A DNA stretch of 32,000 bases, from contig NZ_CP015137.1 of assembly GCF_001644705.1 (NCBI RefSeq), positions 3,360,001 through 3,392,000 of the forward strand, given 5' to 3'. Source of the DNA: Dickeya solani IPO 2222. Lineage in GTDB: Bacteria; Pseudomonadota; Gammaproteobacteria; Enterobacterales; Enterobacteriaceae. The notes below the pieces were generated by a model that was given only the letters and a program-made list of their open reading frames with translations, did not search any database and had not been told where the DNA came from. The position numbers were made by a program, and so were the translations under genes. Positions within the stretch are counted from its first letter, which is position 1, and each line of letters opens with the position of its first letter. Below are positions 1-9,523 of this stretch, piece by piece.

Positions 1-912
1 AGCATTCGACACGGCCTGCAGTAGGCCGAACAGCATCAATGATCGGAATAGCGTCCAGCGCTGCATCAGTACTCCGCCGTACAGTGCGCCGATAATTGTG
101 GCAAACAGGCCCAGCGTCTTGTTGACCAACCCCACTTCGCCGGGATTGAAACCGACTCCTCGGATCAGAAAGGTGGTGCTGAGGCTGGCGGCAAACGCAT
201 CACCCAGCTTGTACAGCACAATCAGCATCAGAATCAGCCAGGCGTTATTGCGGCTGAAAAAATCTTTCAGCGGCGCGAAGACCGCCTGCTCAAGAGATCG
301 CGGAGCGGGTTCGCTGACGGCTGGCTCCGGCGACAGCCAGGTCGCTAACGTGCATAGCAACAAAAGACCCGCCATCAGCCAGTAGGTGGCGTGCCAGCCG
401 AGAAAACGATCGGCAATCCACAATGCCAGACCACCGGAAACCAGCATGGCCAACCGATAGCCCAGAACGGAAATGGCCGCACCGCTGCCGCGCTCTTCGG
501 GCGGCAACAAATCGGTTTTGTACGCATCAAACACGATATCCTGCGACGCGGAACAGAACGCGATGATGACAGCCAGCGTCGCCAGCCACCATAAATGATG
601 CGAGGGATTCAGCGTGCCGATAAAAACGATAGCCACCGCCAGCGCCAACTGCGTCACCAGCAGCCAGCCGCGGCGGCGCCCCATAAACGGGGGTGTGTAG
701 CGGTCCATCAGCGGCGACCACAGGAACTTGAATACATAGGCTTGCCCCACCAGCGAAAAGAACCCGATGGTTTTCAGATCCACATTTTCCACCGTCATCC
801 ACGCCTGCAACGTGCCTGAGGTCAACGCCAGCGGTAAACCCGAGGCGAAACCCAGAATCAGAAGAATGACATTGTTGCGTTCACGGAAAAGCGAAAAAAG
901 ACGGCTGAGCAT
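1..912 (-). CDS. ampG: AmpG muropeptide (anhydromuropeptide) MFS permease, 3' end outside window
   Basis: Minus-strand frame is open from the window edge to the ATG at 912-910. It has no stop in the window, so it is absent from the ORF track. My translation MLSRLFSLFRERNNVILLILGFASGLPLALTSGTLQAWMTVENVDLKTIGFFSLVGQAYVFKFLWSPLMDRYTPPF... is near-identical to the N-terminal part of E. coli AmpG. It lies downstream of yajG, as in E. coli. Confidence 0.93.
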   Translation of the reverse strand, partial: MLSRLFSLFRERNNVILLILGFASGLPLALTSGTLQAWMTVENVDLKTIGFFSLVGQAYVFKFLWSPLMDRYTPPFMGRRRGWLLVTQLALAVAIVFIGTLNPSHHLWWLATLAVIIAFCSASQDIVFDAYKTDLLPPEERGSGAAISVLGYRLAMLVSGGLALWIADRFLGWHATYWLMAGLLLLCTLATWLSPEPAVSEPAPRSLEQAVFAPLKDFFSRNNAWLILMLIVLYKLGDAFAASLSTTFLIRGVGFNPGEVGLVNKTLGLFATIIGALYGGVLMQRWTLFRSLMLFGLLQAVSNA

Positions 913-925
913 GCGAGGTCCTTTT

Positions 926-948
926 CCCTTGCCCTGACAGGGCAAGGG
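926..948 (-). other. Perfect inverted repeat (11+11 bp around one central base) in the yajG-ampG spacer
   Basis: CCCTTGCCCTG-A-CAGGGCAAGGG read directly. On the minus-strand RNA it is followed by AAAAGGACCUCGC-AUG, so the ampG Shine-Dalgarno (AAGGA) abuts the 3' arm. No U-run follows, so it is not a classical terminator. Confidence 0.6.
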
Positions 949-966
949 GATGAGGCGAATAAACGG

Positions 967-1545
967 TTACCGGGAGTTGGTTTTGATGAACGTACTGATG
1001 CTGGTGTCCTGAGCCATATCGCTGATGACATCACTCAGTACCTGATTAACCGACGCGGTAATCTTGCTGTTGGTGGCGGTAAGCGCACCTTGTACATTAT
1101 AGCTGGCGCGGTAGTTCTTGATCTGCTTATTGCCGTTGGCGGCCTGCGCGATGATGGAGATATCCGCGCGGGTGGTGATGTTGTAGCGCAGATTGCCTTC
1201 GGCGACATCCGCGAACAGAGTATTAACCACGACCTGCAGCGCCACCGGGCCGCCGGTACCGATCATGTAACCGCGGGTCGACATTTGTTTCTCCAGCACT
1301 TCCTGCAGCAGGAAACGCAGGTCGCGCGACGGCGTCAGCGTCACCAATTGGCCGTCACGATTGACCCGCGCCAGCGACTGGTCGGCACGCTGGTCGGCGC
1401 CGTTGATGCTGATGGTCACGCCCATCAGGGTCGGATCCTGCGAAGGCAGGGTGATTTTCGGGGTGACATCCAGCGTGTTGCTCTTGCTGGCGCATCCTGC
1501 CAGCACAAGTGCGGCGAACAGCGGGAAAATGAATTTTTTTAACAT
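967..1545 (-). CDS. yajG: YajG lipoprotein
   Basis: ORF-track entry is 967..1587. I prefer the internal ATG at 1545, which gives MLKKFIFPLFAALVLAGC-ASKS (signal peptide plus LAGC lipobox) and 192 aa like E. coli YajG. The position upstream of ampG is conserved. Confidence 0.9.
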   Translation of the reverse strand: MLKKFIFPLFAALVLAGCASKSNTLDVTPKITLPSQDPTLMGVTISINGADQRADQSLARVNRDGQLVTLTPSRDLRFLLQEVLEKQMSTRGYMIGTGGPVALQVVVNTLFADVAEGNLRYNITTRADISIIAQAANGNKQIKNYRASYNVQGALTATNSKITASVNQVLSDVISDMAQDTSISTFIKTNSR

Positions 1546-1870
1546 GCGTCTCTTCTCGTCATGAAACGGTGGTGGGCTAATAAACATAGTTAGGTATCAT
1601 ATCATCGTCTTGGACAAGGGAAAGAGCAGAAAGTGGCCAGTATCCTTATGAGCCGCATTCCTTTTTTCCATCATACTTAGCGCGAATGAGGTTCGAAACC
1701 GGATGATGGCATACCGGGATGACAAATCCGCTCTCTCCGCGTATCCGGATAATCAATTATTTCCATTAATAATCAAAAAATGACTAAAATTGAAGTGGAT
1801 AAGCGTGCAGTCAGTGATAAAAACCGTTTTATCGACGCAATGTTCACTGATGCCGGAAAAAGGTAACCCT

Positions 1871-2185
1871 ATGATTCGTGAAACGATAGAAGCCAAGTTA
1901 CGTTCGGAGTTCGAACCGCAACATCTTGAAGTCATTGATGAAAGTTATCGTCATAATGTACCTGCCGGTTCTGAAAGCCATTTCAAGGTGGTGCTGGTCA
2001 GTGAATGCTTTACCGGCGAGCGGGTGATTGGCCGTCATCGAGCAATTTATAGCGTATTGGCTGATGAACTGGCCGGGGCGGTGCATGCGCTGGCGTTGCA
2101 TACCTACACGCCGAAAGAGTGGCTGGACCTGCAGATGGCGGTGCCGTCGTCTCCGCCCTGCGGCGGCGCGGGATTGCAGCGCTGA
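1871..2185 (+). CDS. bolA: BolA transcriptional regulator / morphogene
   Basis: ORF-track entry is 1790..2185. The internal ATG at 1871 gives [51 protein letters not shown]..., closely matching E. coli BolA (..[31 protein letters not shown]..). AAAAAGG lies upstream of that ATG. Confidence 0.92.
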   Translation: MIRETIEAKLRSEFEPQHLEVIDESYRHNVPAGSESHFKVVLVSECFTGERVIGRHRAIYSVLADELAGAVHALALHTYTPKEWLDLQMAVPSSPPCGGAGLQR

Positions 2186-2247
2186 ACGATCTGGGCCGCC
2201 CGGCGGCGAGCCGCTAGTTCAACGCCGGCCGAGCCATTTACAGAGGG

Positions 2248-2285
2248 TTTGCAGACGAAAAATGTGTTTGCAGATGAAAAGTGTG
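2248..2285. repeat. Tandem direct repeat, 2 x 19 bp (TTTGCAGAYGAAAARTGTG)
   Basis: Unit 1 at 2248-2266 is tttgcagacgaaaaatgtg and unit 2 at 2267-2285 is tttgcagatgaaaagtgtg. They are 17/19 identical and head-to-tail. The repeat lies between the bolA stop and the putative tig promoter. Confidence 0.85.
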
Positions 2286-2317
2286 AAAGCCCTCCGCCAA
2301 TAGTCTGGTTACTCTCC

Positions 2318-2346
2318 TCGACTCGGTCTATCGATGCCGCTATAAT
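2318..2346 (+). promoter_or_regulatory. Candidate sigma70 promoter for tig
   Basis: Perfect -10 TATAAT at 2341-2346, with TCGACT (4/6 to TTGACA) exactly 17 bp upstream. This would give a 5' UTR of about 165 nt. Sequence-only call. Confidence 0.35.
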
Positions 2347-2518
2347 GCCGCGTCTTATTTTCCGGAATGTATTCGGGACGCTTCTGACTATAGGGAACTG
2401 GTCCGGTAAAGTGGCCGTCCTGGTTCTGTGAGACTGTGATCAGCAAGGTTGCCCCAGGGCGCTTTATGAAAACGGCCTCTGAGGTTGACCGAGCACTGTG
2501 ATTTTTTGAGGTAACAAG

Positions 2519-3823
2519 ATGCAAGTTTCAGTTGAAACCACTCAAGGCCTTGGGCGCCGCGTAACGATTACTGTTGCTGCTGACAGCATTGAGAATGCCG
2601 TTAAGAGCGAACTGGTCAATGTGGCTAAAAAAGTTCGTATCGATGGTTTCCGCAAAGGCAAAGTGCCGGCGAAAGTTGTCGAGCAGCGCTACGGCGCATC
2701 CGTCCGTCAGGACGTGCTGGGCGATCTGATGCAGCGTCACTTCGTTGATGCCATCATCAAAGAAAAAATCAATCCGGCTGGCGCGCCGAACTATGTTCCG
2801 GGCGAGTACCAGATCGGTGGTGATTTTATCTACTCCGTAGAGTTCGAAGTTTATCCGGAAGTCGAGCTGAAAGGTCTGGACACCATCGAGGTTGAAAAAC
2901 CGCTGGTGGACGTTTCTGAAACCGACGTCGACGGCATGCTGGATACCCTGCGCAAACAGCAGGCAACCTGGAAAGAAACCGATCGCGCCGCGACGGCTGA
3001 AGACCGCGCAACCATCGATTTCACCGGTTCTGTCGGCGGTGAAGAATTCGAAGGCGGCAAAGCCTCCGATTTCGTTCTGGCTATGGGCCAGGGCCGTATG
3101 ATCCCGGGCTTCGAAGACGGTATCGTTGGTCACAAAGCGGGCGAGGAGTTCACCATTGAGGTGAAATTCCCGGAAGACTACCACGCTGAAAACCTGAAAG
3201 GTCAGGACGCTAAATTCGCCATTGTGCTGAAGAAAGTGGAAGAGCGTGAACTGCCGGAACTGACTGCTGATTTCATCAAGCGCTTTGGCGTTGAAGACGG
3301 TTCTCTGGATGGCCTGCGCGCCGAAGTCCGTAAGAATATGGAGCGCGAGCTGAAAGGCGCGATCCGCAATCGCGTGAAATCTCAGGTTATCGACGGTCTG
3401 GTCAAGGCGAACGACATTGATGTGCCGGCCGCACTGATCGACGGCGAAGTTGATGTACTGCGCCGTCAAGCTGCTCAGCGTTTCGGTGGCAATGAGGCAC
3501 AGGCTCTGGAACTGCCGCGTGAACTGTTCGAAGAGCAGGCTAAACGCCGCGTTGTTGTTGGCTTGCTGTTGGGTGAAGTAATTGCTTCCAACGAGCTGAA
3601 AGCCGATGAAGATCGCGTCAACGTGCTGATCGACGAAATCGCCTCTGCGTACGAAGATCCGCGTGAAGTGGTTGAGTACTACAAGAAAAACAAAGAAATG
3701 ATGAACAATATGCGTAACGTTGCCCTGGAAGAACAGGCGATCGAAACGCTGTTGTCCAAGGCGAAAGTAGTGGAAAAAGCGGTCAGCTTCACCGAGCTGA
3801 TGAATCAGACAACTGCTGCCTAA
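2519..3823 (+). CDS. tig: Trigger factor (ribosome-associated chaperone / PPIase)
   Basis: 434 aa. [50 protein letters not shown]... is recognisably E. coli Tig. GAGGTAACAAG lies upstream of the ATG. Synteny bolA-tig-clpP is conserved. Confidence 0.97.
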   Translation: MQVSVETTQGLGRRVTITVAADSIENAVKSELVNVAKKVRIDGFRKGKVPAKVVEQRYGASVRQDVLGDLMQRHFVDAIIKEKINPAGAPNYVPGEYQIGGDFIYSVEFEVYPEVELKGLDTIEVEKPLVDVSETDVDGMLDTLRKQQATWKETDRAATAEDRATIDFTGSVGGEEFEGGKASDFVLAMGQGRMIPGFEDGIVGHKAGEEFTIEVKFPEDYHAENLKGQDAKFAIVLKKVEERELPELTADFIKRFGVEDGSLDGLRAEVRKNMERELKGAIRNRVKSQVIDGLVKANDIDVPAALIDGEVDVLRRQAAQRFGGNEAQALELPRELFEEQAKRRVVVGLLLGEVIASNELKADEDRVNVLIDEIASAYEDPREVVEYYKKNKEMMNNMRNVALEEQAIETLLSKAKVVEKAVSFTELMNQTTAA

Positions 3824-3853
3824 TCGCGATTTTTCACCTTAAATCGTTTCTTC

Positions 3854-3886
3854 AAAAGCCCGCGGCTTACGCTGCGGGCTTTTTTC
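3854..3886 (+). terminator. Rho-independent terminator after tig
   Basis: Stem AGCCCGC (3857-3863) pairs with GCGGGCT (3874-3880), followed by TTTTTCTT. Confidence 0.8.
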
Positions 3887-3942
3887 TTCCCGGATGCGAC
3901 AAACTGAACGGCCTGCCACCAGGTCCTGCCAAATCTGCACTA

Positions 3943-3981
3943 TGATTAATAGCGATTAATCTATTGATGGCTGATTAATCA
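3943..3981. repeat. Three copies of a palindromic GATTAAT(C) core within 38 bp
   Basis: GATTAAT occurs at 3944-3950, 3954-3960 and 3973-3979. The third copy sits in a perfect 10-bp palindrome TGATTAATCA (3972-3981) and the second in GATTAATC. A related GGTTAATAGCG (4076-4086) echoes TGATTAATAGCG (3943-3954). Confidence 0.7.
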
Positions 3982-4046
3982 AGGCGCAATCAAATCCGCT
4001 TTCAGCGCAGGATATCGCTTTAACCAAAATGAATCGCTGGTGTAAG

Positions 4047-4075
4047 CTTGAAAAAGGATGCATCGGTCCCCAATT
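4047..4075 (+). promoter_or_regulatory. Sigma32 (heat-shock) promoter of clpPX
   Basis: CTTGAAA (4047-4053) and CCCCAATT (4068-4075) match the sigma32 consensus CTTGAAA-N13-15-CCCCATNT. clpP is a known sigma32 regulon member. Confidence 0.7.
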
Positions 4076-4227
4076 GGTTAATAGCGCGTAGATTGCATCG
4101 TCAGGGAAAACCGCCCGATTCCGGCGATGGAGAGATGGCTAACTACGTGTCTGAGCATGGTCATCACTTTCCATCTCAAGTAGAATCAGGCGGTATGCGC
4201 CAAATGCATTTTATCTAGGAGACGTTA

Positions 4228-4851
4228 ATGTCATACAGTGGCGAACAAGAAAAACTGGCCCCTCACATGGCTTTGGTGCCGATGGTGGTTGAGCAGACTT
4301 CGCGTGGGGAGCGTTCTTACGATATCTATTCTCGACTCCTGAAGGAACGCGTGATTTTTTTGACCGGTCAGGTCGAAGATCACATGGCGAACCTGATTGT
4401 GGCGCAGATGCTGTTTCTGGAAGCCGAAAACCCTGAAAAAGATATCTACCTGTACATTAACTCTCCAGGTGGCGTGATCACCGCCGGCATGTCGATTTAC
4501 GACACCATGCAATTTATTAAGCCGGACGTCAGCACCATCTGTATGGGGCAAGCGGCGTCGATGGGCGCTTTCCTGCTGACGGCGGGTACCAAGGGCAAGC
4601 GCTTCTGCCTGCCGAATTCCCGGGTGATGATCCATCAGCCGCTGGGCGGGTTCCAGGGACAGGCGACGGATATCGAGATTCACGCCAAAGAGATCCTCAA
4701 GGTGAAGGCTCGGATGAACGAGTTGATGGCCAAACATACCGGTCAGCCTCTTGAAGTGATAGAAAACGACACGGAACGTGACCGTTTCCTCTCTGCCGCC
4801 GAGGCAGTAGACTATGGGTTAGTGGATTCTGTACTTACCCATCGTGAATAA
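4228..4851 (+). CDS. clpP: ATP-dependent Clp protease proteolytic subunit ClpP
   Basis: 207 aa. The conserved GQAASMGA (active-site Ser) and MIHQPLGG (His) motifs are present. AGGAGACGTTA lies upstream of the ATG. Near-identical to E. coli ClpP by eye. Confidence 0.98.
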   Translation: MSYSGEQEKLAPHMALVPMVVEQTSRGERSYDIYSRLLKERVIFLTGQVEDHMANLIVAQMLFLEAENPEKDIYLYINSPGGVITAGMSIYDTMQFIKPDVSTICMGQAASMGAFLLTAGTKGKRFCLPNSRVMIHQPLGGFQGQATDIEIHAKEILKVKARMNELMAKHTGQPLEVIENDTERDRFLSAAEAVDYGLVDSVLTHRE

Positions 4852-4978
4852 CGCTATGGATGCGAAATAGCCAGATGACGCGGGTTGCCGGCCGTTATGG
4901 TAGCAGGCTGGCGTTTGCTGTGGCGCGATTGCTATGTAGTTGGCCTGCGGGCAAGAGACTAGAGAAGAGGTTTGACTC

Positions 4979-6253
4979 ATGACAGATAAGCGCAAAGACG
5001 GTTCAGGAAAACTGCTGTACTGTTCTTTCTGCGGCAAAAGCCAACACGAGGTTCGTAAGCTGATCGCCGGGCCGTCAGTGTATATCTGCGATGAATGTGT
5101 TGATTTGTGTAACGACATTATTCGCGAAGAAATCAAAGAAGTAGCGCCACACCGTGAGCGCAGTGCGTTACCGACGCCACACGAAATCCGCCGTCATCTG
5201 GACGATTACGTCATCGGCCAGGAACAGGCAAAAAAGGTGCTGGCGGTTGCTGTCTACAACCACTACAAACGTTTGCGTAATGGCGACAGCAATGGTGGTA
5301 TCGAACTGGGTAAAAGCAACATCCTGCTGATCGGTCCGACCGGTAGCGGGAAAACGTTGCTGGCGGAAACGCTGGCTCGTTTCCTGGATGTGCCTTTCAC
5401 TATGGCTGATGCCACCACGCTGACCGAAGCCGGTTACGTGGGCGAGGACGTTGAAAACATTATCCAGAAGCTGCTGCAGAAGTGTGACTACGATGTGCAG
5501 AAAGCGCAGCGCGGTATTGTCTACATCGATGAAATCGACAAGATTTCCCGTAAATCCGACAACCCGTCCATCACTCGTGACGTATCCGGTGAAGGGGTGC
5601 AGCAGGCGTTGCTGAAGCTGATTGAAGGCACCATCGCCGCTGTCCCGCCGCAGGGGGGGCGTAAACACCCGCAGCAGGAGTTTTTGCAGGTGGATACCTC
5701 CAAAATCCTGTTTATCTGTGGCGGCGCATTTGCTGGGCTGGACAAGGTTATTGAACAGCGTACCGATACCGGTCGCGGCATTGGTTTCAACGCCACGGTG
5801 AAGGGGCTGTCCCAGAAGGCGACAGAGGGTGAACTGCTGAGCCAGGTGGAGCCGGGCGATTTGATCAAGTTTGGTCTTATCCCCGAGTTTATCGGGCGCT
5901 TGCCGGTGGTGGCGACGCTGAAAGAGCTGGATGAGGAAGCGTTGATCCAGATCTTGCGCGAGCCGAAGAACGCGTTGACCAAACAGTATCAGGCACTTTT
6001 CAAACTGGAAGGCGCGGAGCTGGAATTCCGTGACGAAGCGCTGACCGCCATTGCGAAAAAAGCCATGGCGCGTAAGACCGGCGCTCGTGGTTTGCGTTCT
6101 ATCGTAGAAGCGGCGCTGTTGGAAACCATGTACGACCTGCCTTCGCTGGAAAACGTGGATAAAGTGGTGATCGATGACTCTGTCATTTCGGGGCAAACCG
6201 AGCCGCTGCTGATTTACGGCAAGCCTGAAGCACAGCAGGCATCTGGCGAATAA
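4979..6253 (+). CDS. clpX: ATP-dependent Clp protease ATP-binding subunit ClpX
   Basis: 424 aa. It has the N-terminal C4 zinc finger [26 protein letters not shown], Walker A GPTGSGKT, Walker [10 protein letters not shown], and the GYVG pore loop. Confidence 0.98.
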   Translation: MTDKRKDGSGKLLYCSFCGKSQHEVRKLIAGPSVYICDECVDLCNDIIREEIKEVAPHRERSALPTPHEIRRHLDDYVIGQEQAKKVLAVAVYNHYKRLRNGDSNGGIELGKSNILLIGPTGSGKTLLAETLARFLDVPFTMADATTLTEAGYVGEDVENIIQKLLQKCDYDVQKAQRGIVYIDEIDKISRKSDNPSITRDVSGEGVQQALLKLIEGTIAAVPPQGGRKHPQQEFLQVDTSKILFICGGAFAGLDKVIEQRTDTGRGIGFNATVKGLSQKATEGELLSQVEPGDLIKFGLIPEFIGRLPVVATLKELDEEALIQILREPKNALTKQYQALFKLEGAELEFRDEALTAIAKKAMARKTGARGLRSIVEAALLETMYDLPSLENVDKVVIDDSVISGQTEPLLIYGKPEAQQASGE

Positions 6254-6283
6254 TTAGCCTAAAAAACAACGGTAAACAATAAA

Positions 6284-6313
6284 ATGGGGGGTTTTAGCCC
6301 CCCATTTTTTTTT
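6284..6313 (+). terminator. Rho-independent terminator after clpX
   Basis: TGGGGGG (6285-6291) pairs with CCCCCCA (6298-6304), followed by a 9-nt T run. Confidence 0.85.
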
Positions 6314-6327
6314 ACACACGTTCAGTC

Positions 6328-6356
6328 GTTGAATGTGAGATATTTATCCCCATATA
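6328..6356 (+). promoter_or_regulatory. Sigma32 (heat-shock) promoter of lon
   Basis: GTTGAATGTGAGATATTTATCCCCATATA closely parallels the E. coli lon heat-shock promoter as I recall it (..GTTGAATGTGGGGGAAACATCCCCATATA..). Confidence 0.75.
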
Positions 6357-6440
6357 CTCGATTACCTATAGGCGAAACCCGTGATGCCCGCGTTCACGGA
6401 TTCCCTTAACCTGGCGGAAACGAAACTAAGAGAGAGCTCT

Positions 6441-8804
6441 ATGAACCCTGAGCGTTCCGAACGCATAGAAATCCCCGTATTGCCGTTGCGCGATGTGGTG
6501 GTTTATCCGCACATGGTCATTCCGTTGTTTGTTGGTCGGGAGAAATCAATTCGGTGCCTTGAAGCGGCTATGGATCACGACAAAAAGATCATGCTGGTGG
6601 CACAGAAAGAAGCCTCAACGGATGAGCCTGGTGTTAACGATCTTTTCTCGGTAGGGACGGTCGCCTCTATTCTTCAAATGCTGAAACTGCCTGATGGCAC
6701 CGTGAAGGTGCTGGTGGAAGGCTTGCAGCGAGCGCGCATCACGACACTCTCTGACAGCGGAGAACATTTTGCGGCTCAGGCGGAATACCTGGAGTCGCCG
6801 GCAATTGAAGAGCGTGAGCAGGAAGTGCTCATGCGCACGGCCATCAATCAGTTTGAGGGCTACATCAAACTGAACAAAAAAATTCCCCCTGAAGTATTAA
6901 CGTCTCTTAATAGTATCGATGATGCGGCGCGTCTTGCCGATACCATTGCCGCGCACATGCCGCTGAAACTGGCGGACAAACAGTCTGTGCTGGAAATGTC
7001 CGACGTGACCGAGCGTTTGGAATACCTGATGGCGATGATGGAGTCCGAGATTGACCTGTTGCAGGTGGAAAAACGGATCCGCGGTCGCGTCAAAAAACAG
7101 ATGGAAAAAAGCCAGCGCGAGTATTACCTGAATGAGCAGATGAAGGCCATTCAGAAAGAGCTGGGAGAAATGGATGATGCGCCTGATGAACAGGAAGCGC
7201 TGAAACGCAGGATCGAATCCGCCAGCATGCCGAAAGAGGCGCGCGAAAAAGCCGAAGCCGAGTTGCAGAAGCTGCGTATGATGTCGCCGATGTCGGCTGA
7301 AGCGACCGTGGTGCGCAGCTACATTGACTGGATGGTGCAGGTGCCGTGGCAGGCGCGCAGCAAAGTGAAGAAAGATCTGGTCAAAGCCCAGGAGATGCTG
7401 GACAGCGACCACTATGGTCTGGAACGCGTCAAGGAGCGAATCCTCGAATATCTGGCGGTGCAGAGCCGGGTCAGCAAAATAAGAGGACCGATTCTGTGTC
7501 TGGTCGGGCCGCCGGGGGTAGGTAAAACCTCTCTGGGTCAGTCGATCGCCAAAGCCACCGGTCGTAAATATGTGCGTATGGCGCTGGGTGGCGTGCGTGA
7601 TGAAGCGGAAATCCGCGGTCACCGCCGTACCTACATCGGCTCCATGCCGGGCAAGCTGATCCAGAAGATGGCGAAAGTGGGGGTGAAAAACCCGCTGTTC
7701 CTGTTGGATGAAATCGACAAGATGTCCTCCGATATGCGTGGCGACCCGGCTTCCGCCTTGCTGGAAGTGCTGGATCCGGAGCAGAACGTGGCGTTTAACG
7801 ATCATTATCTGGAAGTGGATTATGATCTGTCCGACGTCATGTTTGTGGCGACATCCAACTCCATGAATATTCCGGCGCCGCTGCTGGATCGTATGGAAGT
7901 GATTCGCCTGTCCGGTTATACCGAGGATGAAAAACTCAATATCGCTCGTCAGCATTTGTTGCCGAAGCAGATTGAGCGCAACGCCCTGAAAAAAGGTGAA
8001 CTGACGGTTGAAGATAGCGCCATTATCGGCATCATTCGCTATTACACCCGCGAAGCCGGGGTGCGTAGTCTGGAGCGCGAAATCTCCAAACTGTGCCGTA
8101 AGGCGGTAAAATCGCTGATGATGGACAAAGCTCTCAAGCATATCCAGATCACCGGTGACAACCTGAAGGAATCTCTCGGCGTTCAACGTTACGATTACGG
8201 CCGTGCGGACGAAGAAAACCGTGTGGGCCAGGTAACGGGCCTTGCCTGGACGGAAGTGGGCGGCGACCTGCTGACCATTGAAACCGCCAGCGTTCCAGGC
8301 AAAGGTAAACTGACCTATACCGGTTCTCTGGGCGAGGTCATGCAGGAATCGATTCAGGCTGCGTTGACCGTCGTACGCGCCAGAGCCGAGAAGTTGGGGA
8401 TCAATTCCGACTTTTATGAAAAACGCGATATCCATGTGCATGTGCCGGAAGGCGCGACACCGAAAGATGGCCCGAGCGCCGGTATCGCCATGTGTACTGC
8501 ATTGGTGTCCTGCTTGACCGGTAACCCGGTGCGTGCCGATGTGGCGATGACCGGTGAAATCACCCTGCGCGGGCTGGTGCTGCCGATCGGTGGGTTAAAA
8601 GAGAAACTGCTGGCTGCGCATCGCGGCGGGATCAAGACCGTGCTGATTCCGGAAGAGAATAAGCGCGATCTGGAAGAGATTCCGCAGAATGTGATCGCCG
8701 ATCTGGAGATTCACCCGGTCAAGCGCATTGAGGAAGTGCTCACTATTGCTTTGCAGAACTCGCCTTATGGCATGGATGTTGTGAAGTCGGTAGCCAAAAA
8801 ATAG
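6441..8804 (+). CDS. lon: Lon protease (ATP-dependent protease La)
   Basis: ORF-track entry starts at a GTG at 6381. The ATG at 6441 gives [37 protein letters not shown], the canonical Lon N-terminus. Walker [10 protein letters not shown] and the catalytic Ser in KDGPSAG are present. Confidence 0.97.
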   Translation: MNPERSERIEIPVLPLRDVVVYPHMVIPLFVGREKSIRCLEAAMDHDKKIMLVAQKEASTDEPGVNDLFSVGTVASILQMLKLPDGTVKVLVEGLQRARITTLSDSGEHFAAQAEYLESPAIEEREQEVLMRTAINQFEGYIKLNKKIPPEVLTSLNSIDDAARLADTIAAHMPLKLADKQSVLEMSDVTERLEYLMAMMESEIDLLQVEKRIRGRVKKQMEKSQREYYLNEQMKAIQKELGEMDDAPDEQEALKRRIESASMPKEAREKAEAELQKLRMMSPMSAEATVVRSYIDWMVQVPWQARSKVKKDLVKAQEMLDSDHYGLERVKERILEYLAVQSRVSKIRGPILCLVGPPGVGKTSLGQSIAKATGRKYVRMALGGVRDEAEIRGHRRTYIGSMPGKLIQKMAKVGVKNPLFLLDEIDKMSSDMRGDPASALLEVLDPEQNVAFNDHYLEVDYDLSDVMFVATSNSMNIPAPLLDRMEVIRLSGYTEDEKLNIARQHLLPKQIERNALKKGELTVEDSAIIGIIRYYTREAGVRSLEREISKLCRKAVKSLMMDKALKHIQITGDNLKESLGVQRYDYGRADEENRVGQVTGLAWTEVGGDLLTIETASVPGKGKLTYTGSLGEVMQESIQAALTVVRARAEKLGINSDFYEKRDIHVHVPEGATPKDGPSAGIAMCTALVSCLTGNPVRADVAMTGEITLRGLVLPIGGLKEKLLAAHRGGIKTVLIPEENKRDLEEIPQNVIADLEIHPVKRIEEVLTIALQNSPYGMDVVKSVAKK

Positions 8805-8835
8805 TGACCTATCGCAAAAACCACTGAGAAAATAA

Positions 8836-8872
8836 AGGCTGGTAAGTAAAATGGTACTTGCCAGCCTTTTTT
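8836..8872 (+). terminator. Rho-independent terminator after lon
   Basis: A 12-bp stem AGGCTGGTAAGT / ACTTGCCAGCCT (one G-U pair), an 8-nt loop, then TTTTTT. Confidence 0.8.
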
Positions 8873-8995
8873 CGTGCCGCTAAGTTAGAGCACTGTTGAG
8901 CCTGCTGGCAAACCTGCGGCTTGACTGAATTGATAAAGCTACGTGTTGCGCTGGGCGCTCTGGCGTAATGACAGTATTTCAGAGGGGATGAAAGT

Positions 8996-9268
8996 GTGAA
9001 CAAGTCACAATTGATCGACAAAATTGCCGCAGATGCTGATATTTCCAAAGCGGCAGCAGGGCGTGTGTTGGATGCAATTATTGGGTCTGTTACTGAATCT
9101 CTGAAAGCAGGGGATGACGTTGCTTTAGTCGGTTTTGGTACGTTCTCCGTGCGTGAGCGTGCAGCGCGCACTGGTCGTAACCCGCAAACCGGGAAAGAAA
9201 TCAGTATTCCGGCCGCTAAAGTGCCGGGTTTCCGTGCTGGCAAGGCACTGAAAGACTCAGTGAATTGA
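8996..9268 (+). CDS. hupB: Nucleoid protein HU beta subunit
   Basis: 90 aa. [69 protein letters not shown].. matches E. coli HupB. The GTG start is as in E. coli, preceded by GAGGGGATGAAA. Confidence 0.96.
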   Translation: MNKSQLIDKIAADADISKAAAGRVLDAIIGSVTESLKAGDDVALVGFGTFSVRERAARTGRNPQTGKEISIPAAKVPGFRAGKALKDSVN

Positions 9269-9352
9269 TGATATAAGTAGCAAAATCTGAGGTGGGACGG
9301 TTTTCCAGTCCAAACAACTACCTGACTCAGCGTGATGGGTAGGGTAAGATAT

Positions 9353-9384
9353 AAGGCGCATCATGGTATGATGTGCCTTTTTTT
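9353..9384 (+). terminator. Rho-independent terminator after hupB
   Basis: AGGCGCATCAT / ATGATGTGCCT stem (one G-U pair) with a GGT loop, followed by TTTTTTT. Confidence 0.8.
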
Positions 9385-9523
9385 ACAGGTCATTAAGATT
9401 ACTGTTATCAGGCAAATACTTGAGTGCGCCTAGCCGAATACGGCTATAGCAATAGCAGGGAGGCATGGCTACGGCCTGCGCAGGGGAAGTGTTATCCATT
9501 CTACAGCGGAGTGTTGTCACATT

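Noticed and set aside
98-819. Plus-strand and minus-strand ORFs (98-385, 391-594, 595-819, 527-802) at the left edge
   Set aside because: All lie within the ampG coding region, which is minus strand and open to the window edge, so it is missing from the ORF track. The ampG translation matches E. coli AmpG and these do not resemble anything.
1546-1587. N-terminal extensions offered by the ORF track: yajG to 1587, bolA from 1790, lon from 6381, mdlB from 16153, glnK from 18415, atl to 22232, acrR from 28985
   Set aside because: In each case an internal ATG reproduces the N-terminus and length of the E. coli ortholog and has a better SD. The extensions use GTG or TTG starts, or overlap the upstream gene or promoter.
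6897-8441. 514-aa minus-strand ORF antisense to lon. Similar cases are 10004-11530 (antisense to ppiD), 18829-20070 (amtB), 5168-6196 (clpX) and 2528-3469 (tig).
   Set aside because: The reasoning is the same in each case. The sense-strand gene is unambiguous. The antisense translations are Arg/His/Gln-rich and motif-free, and they lack ribosome-binding sites.
9419-9446. Possible sigma32 or Cpx-type promoter upstream of ppiD (CTTGAGT...CCGAATAC) and the small hairpin TAGCCG-AATA-CGGCTA
   Set aside because: The -10 region does not resemble CCCCATNT, and the hairpin is only 6 bp. This is insufficient evidence.
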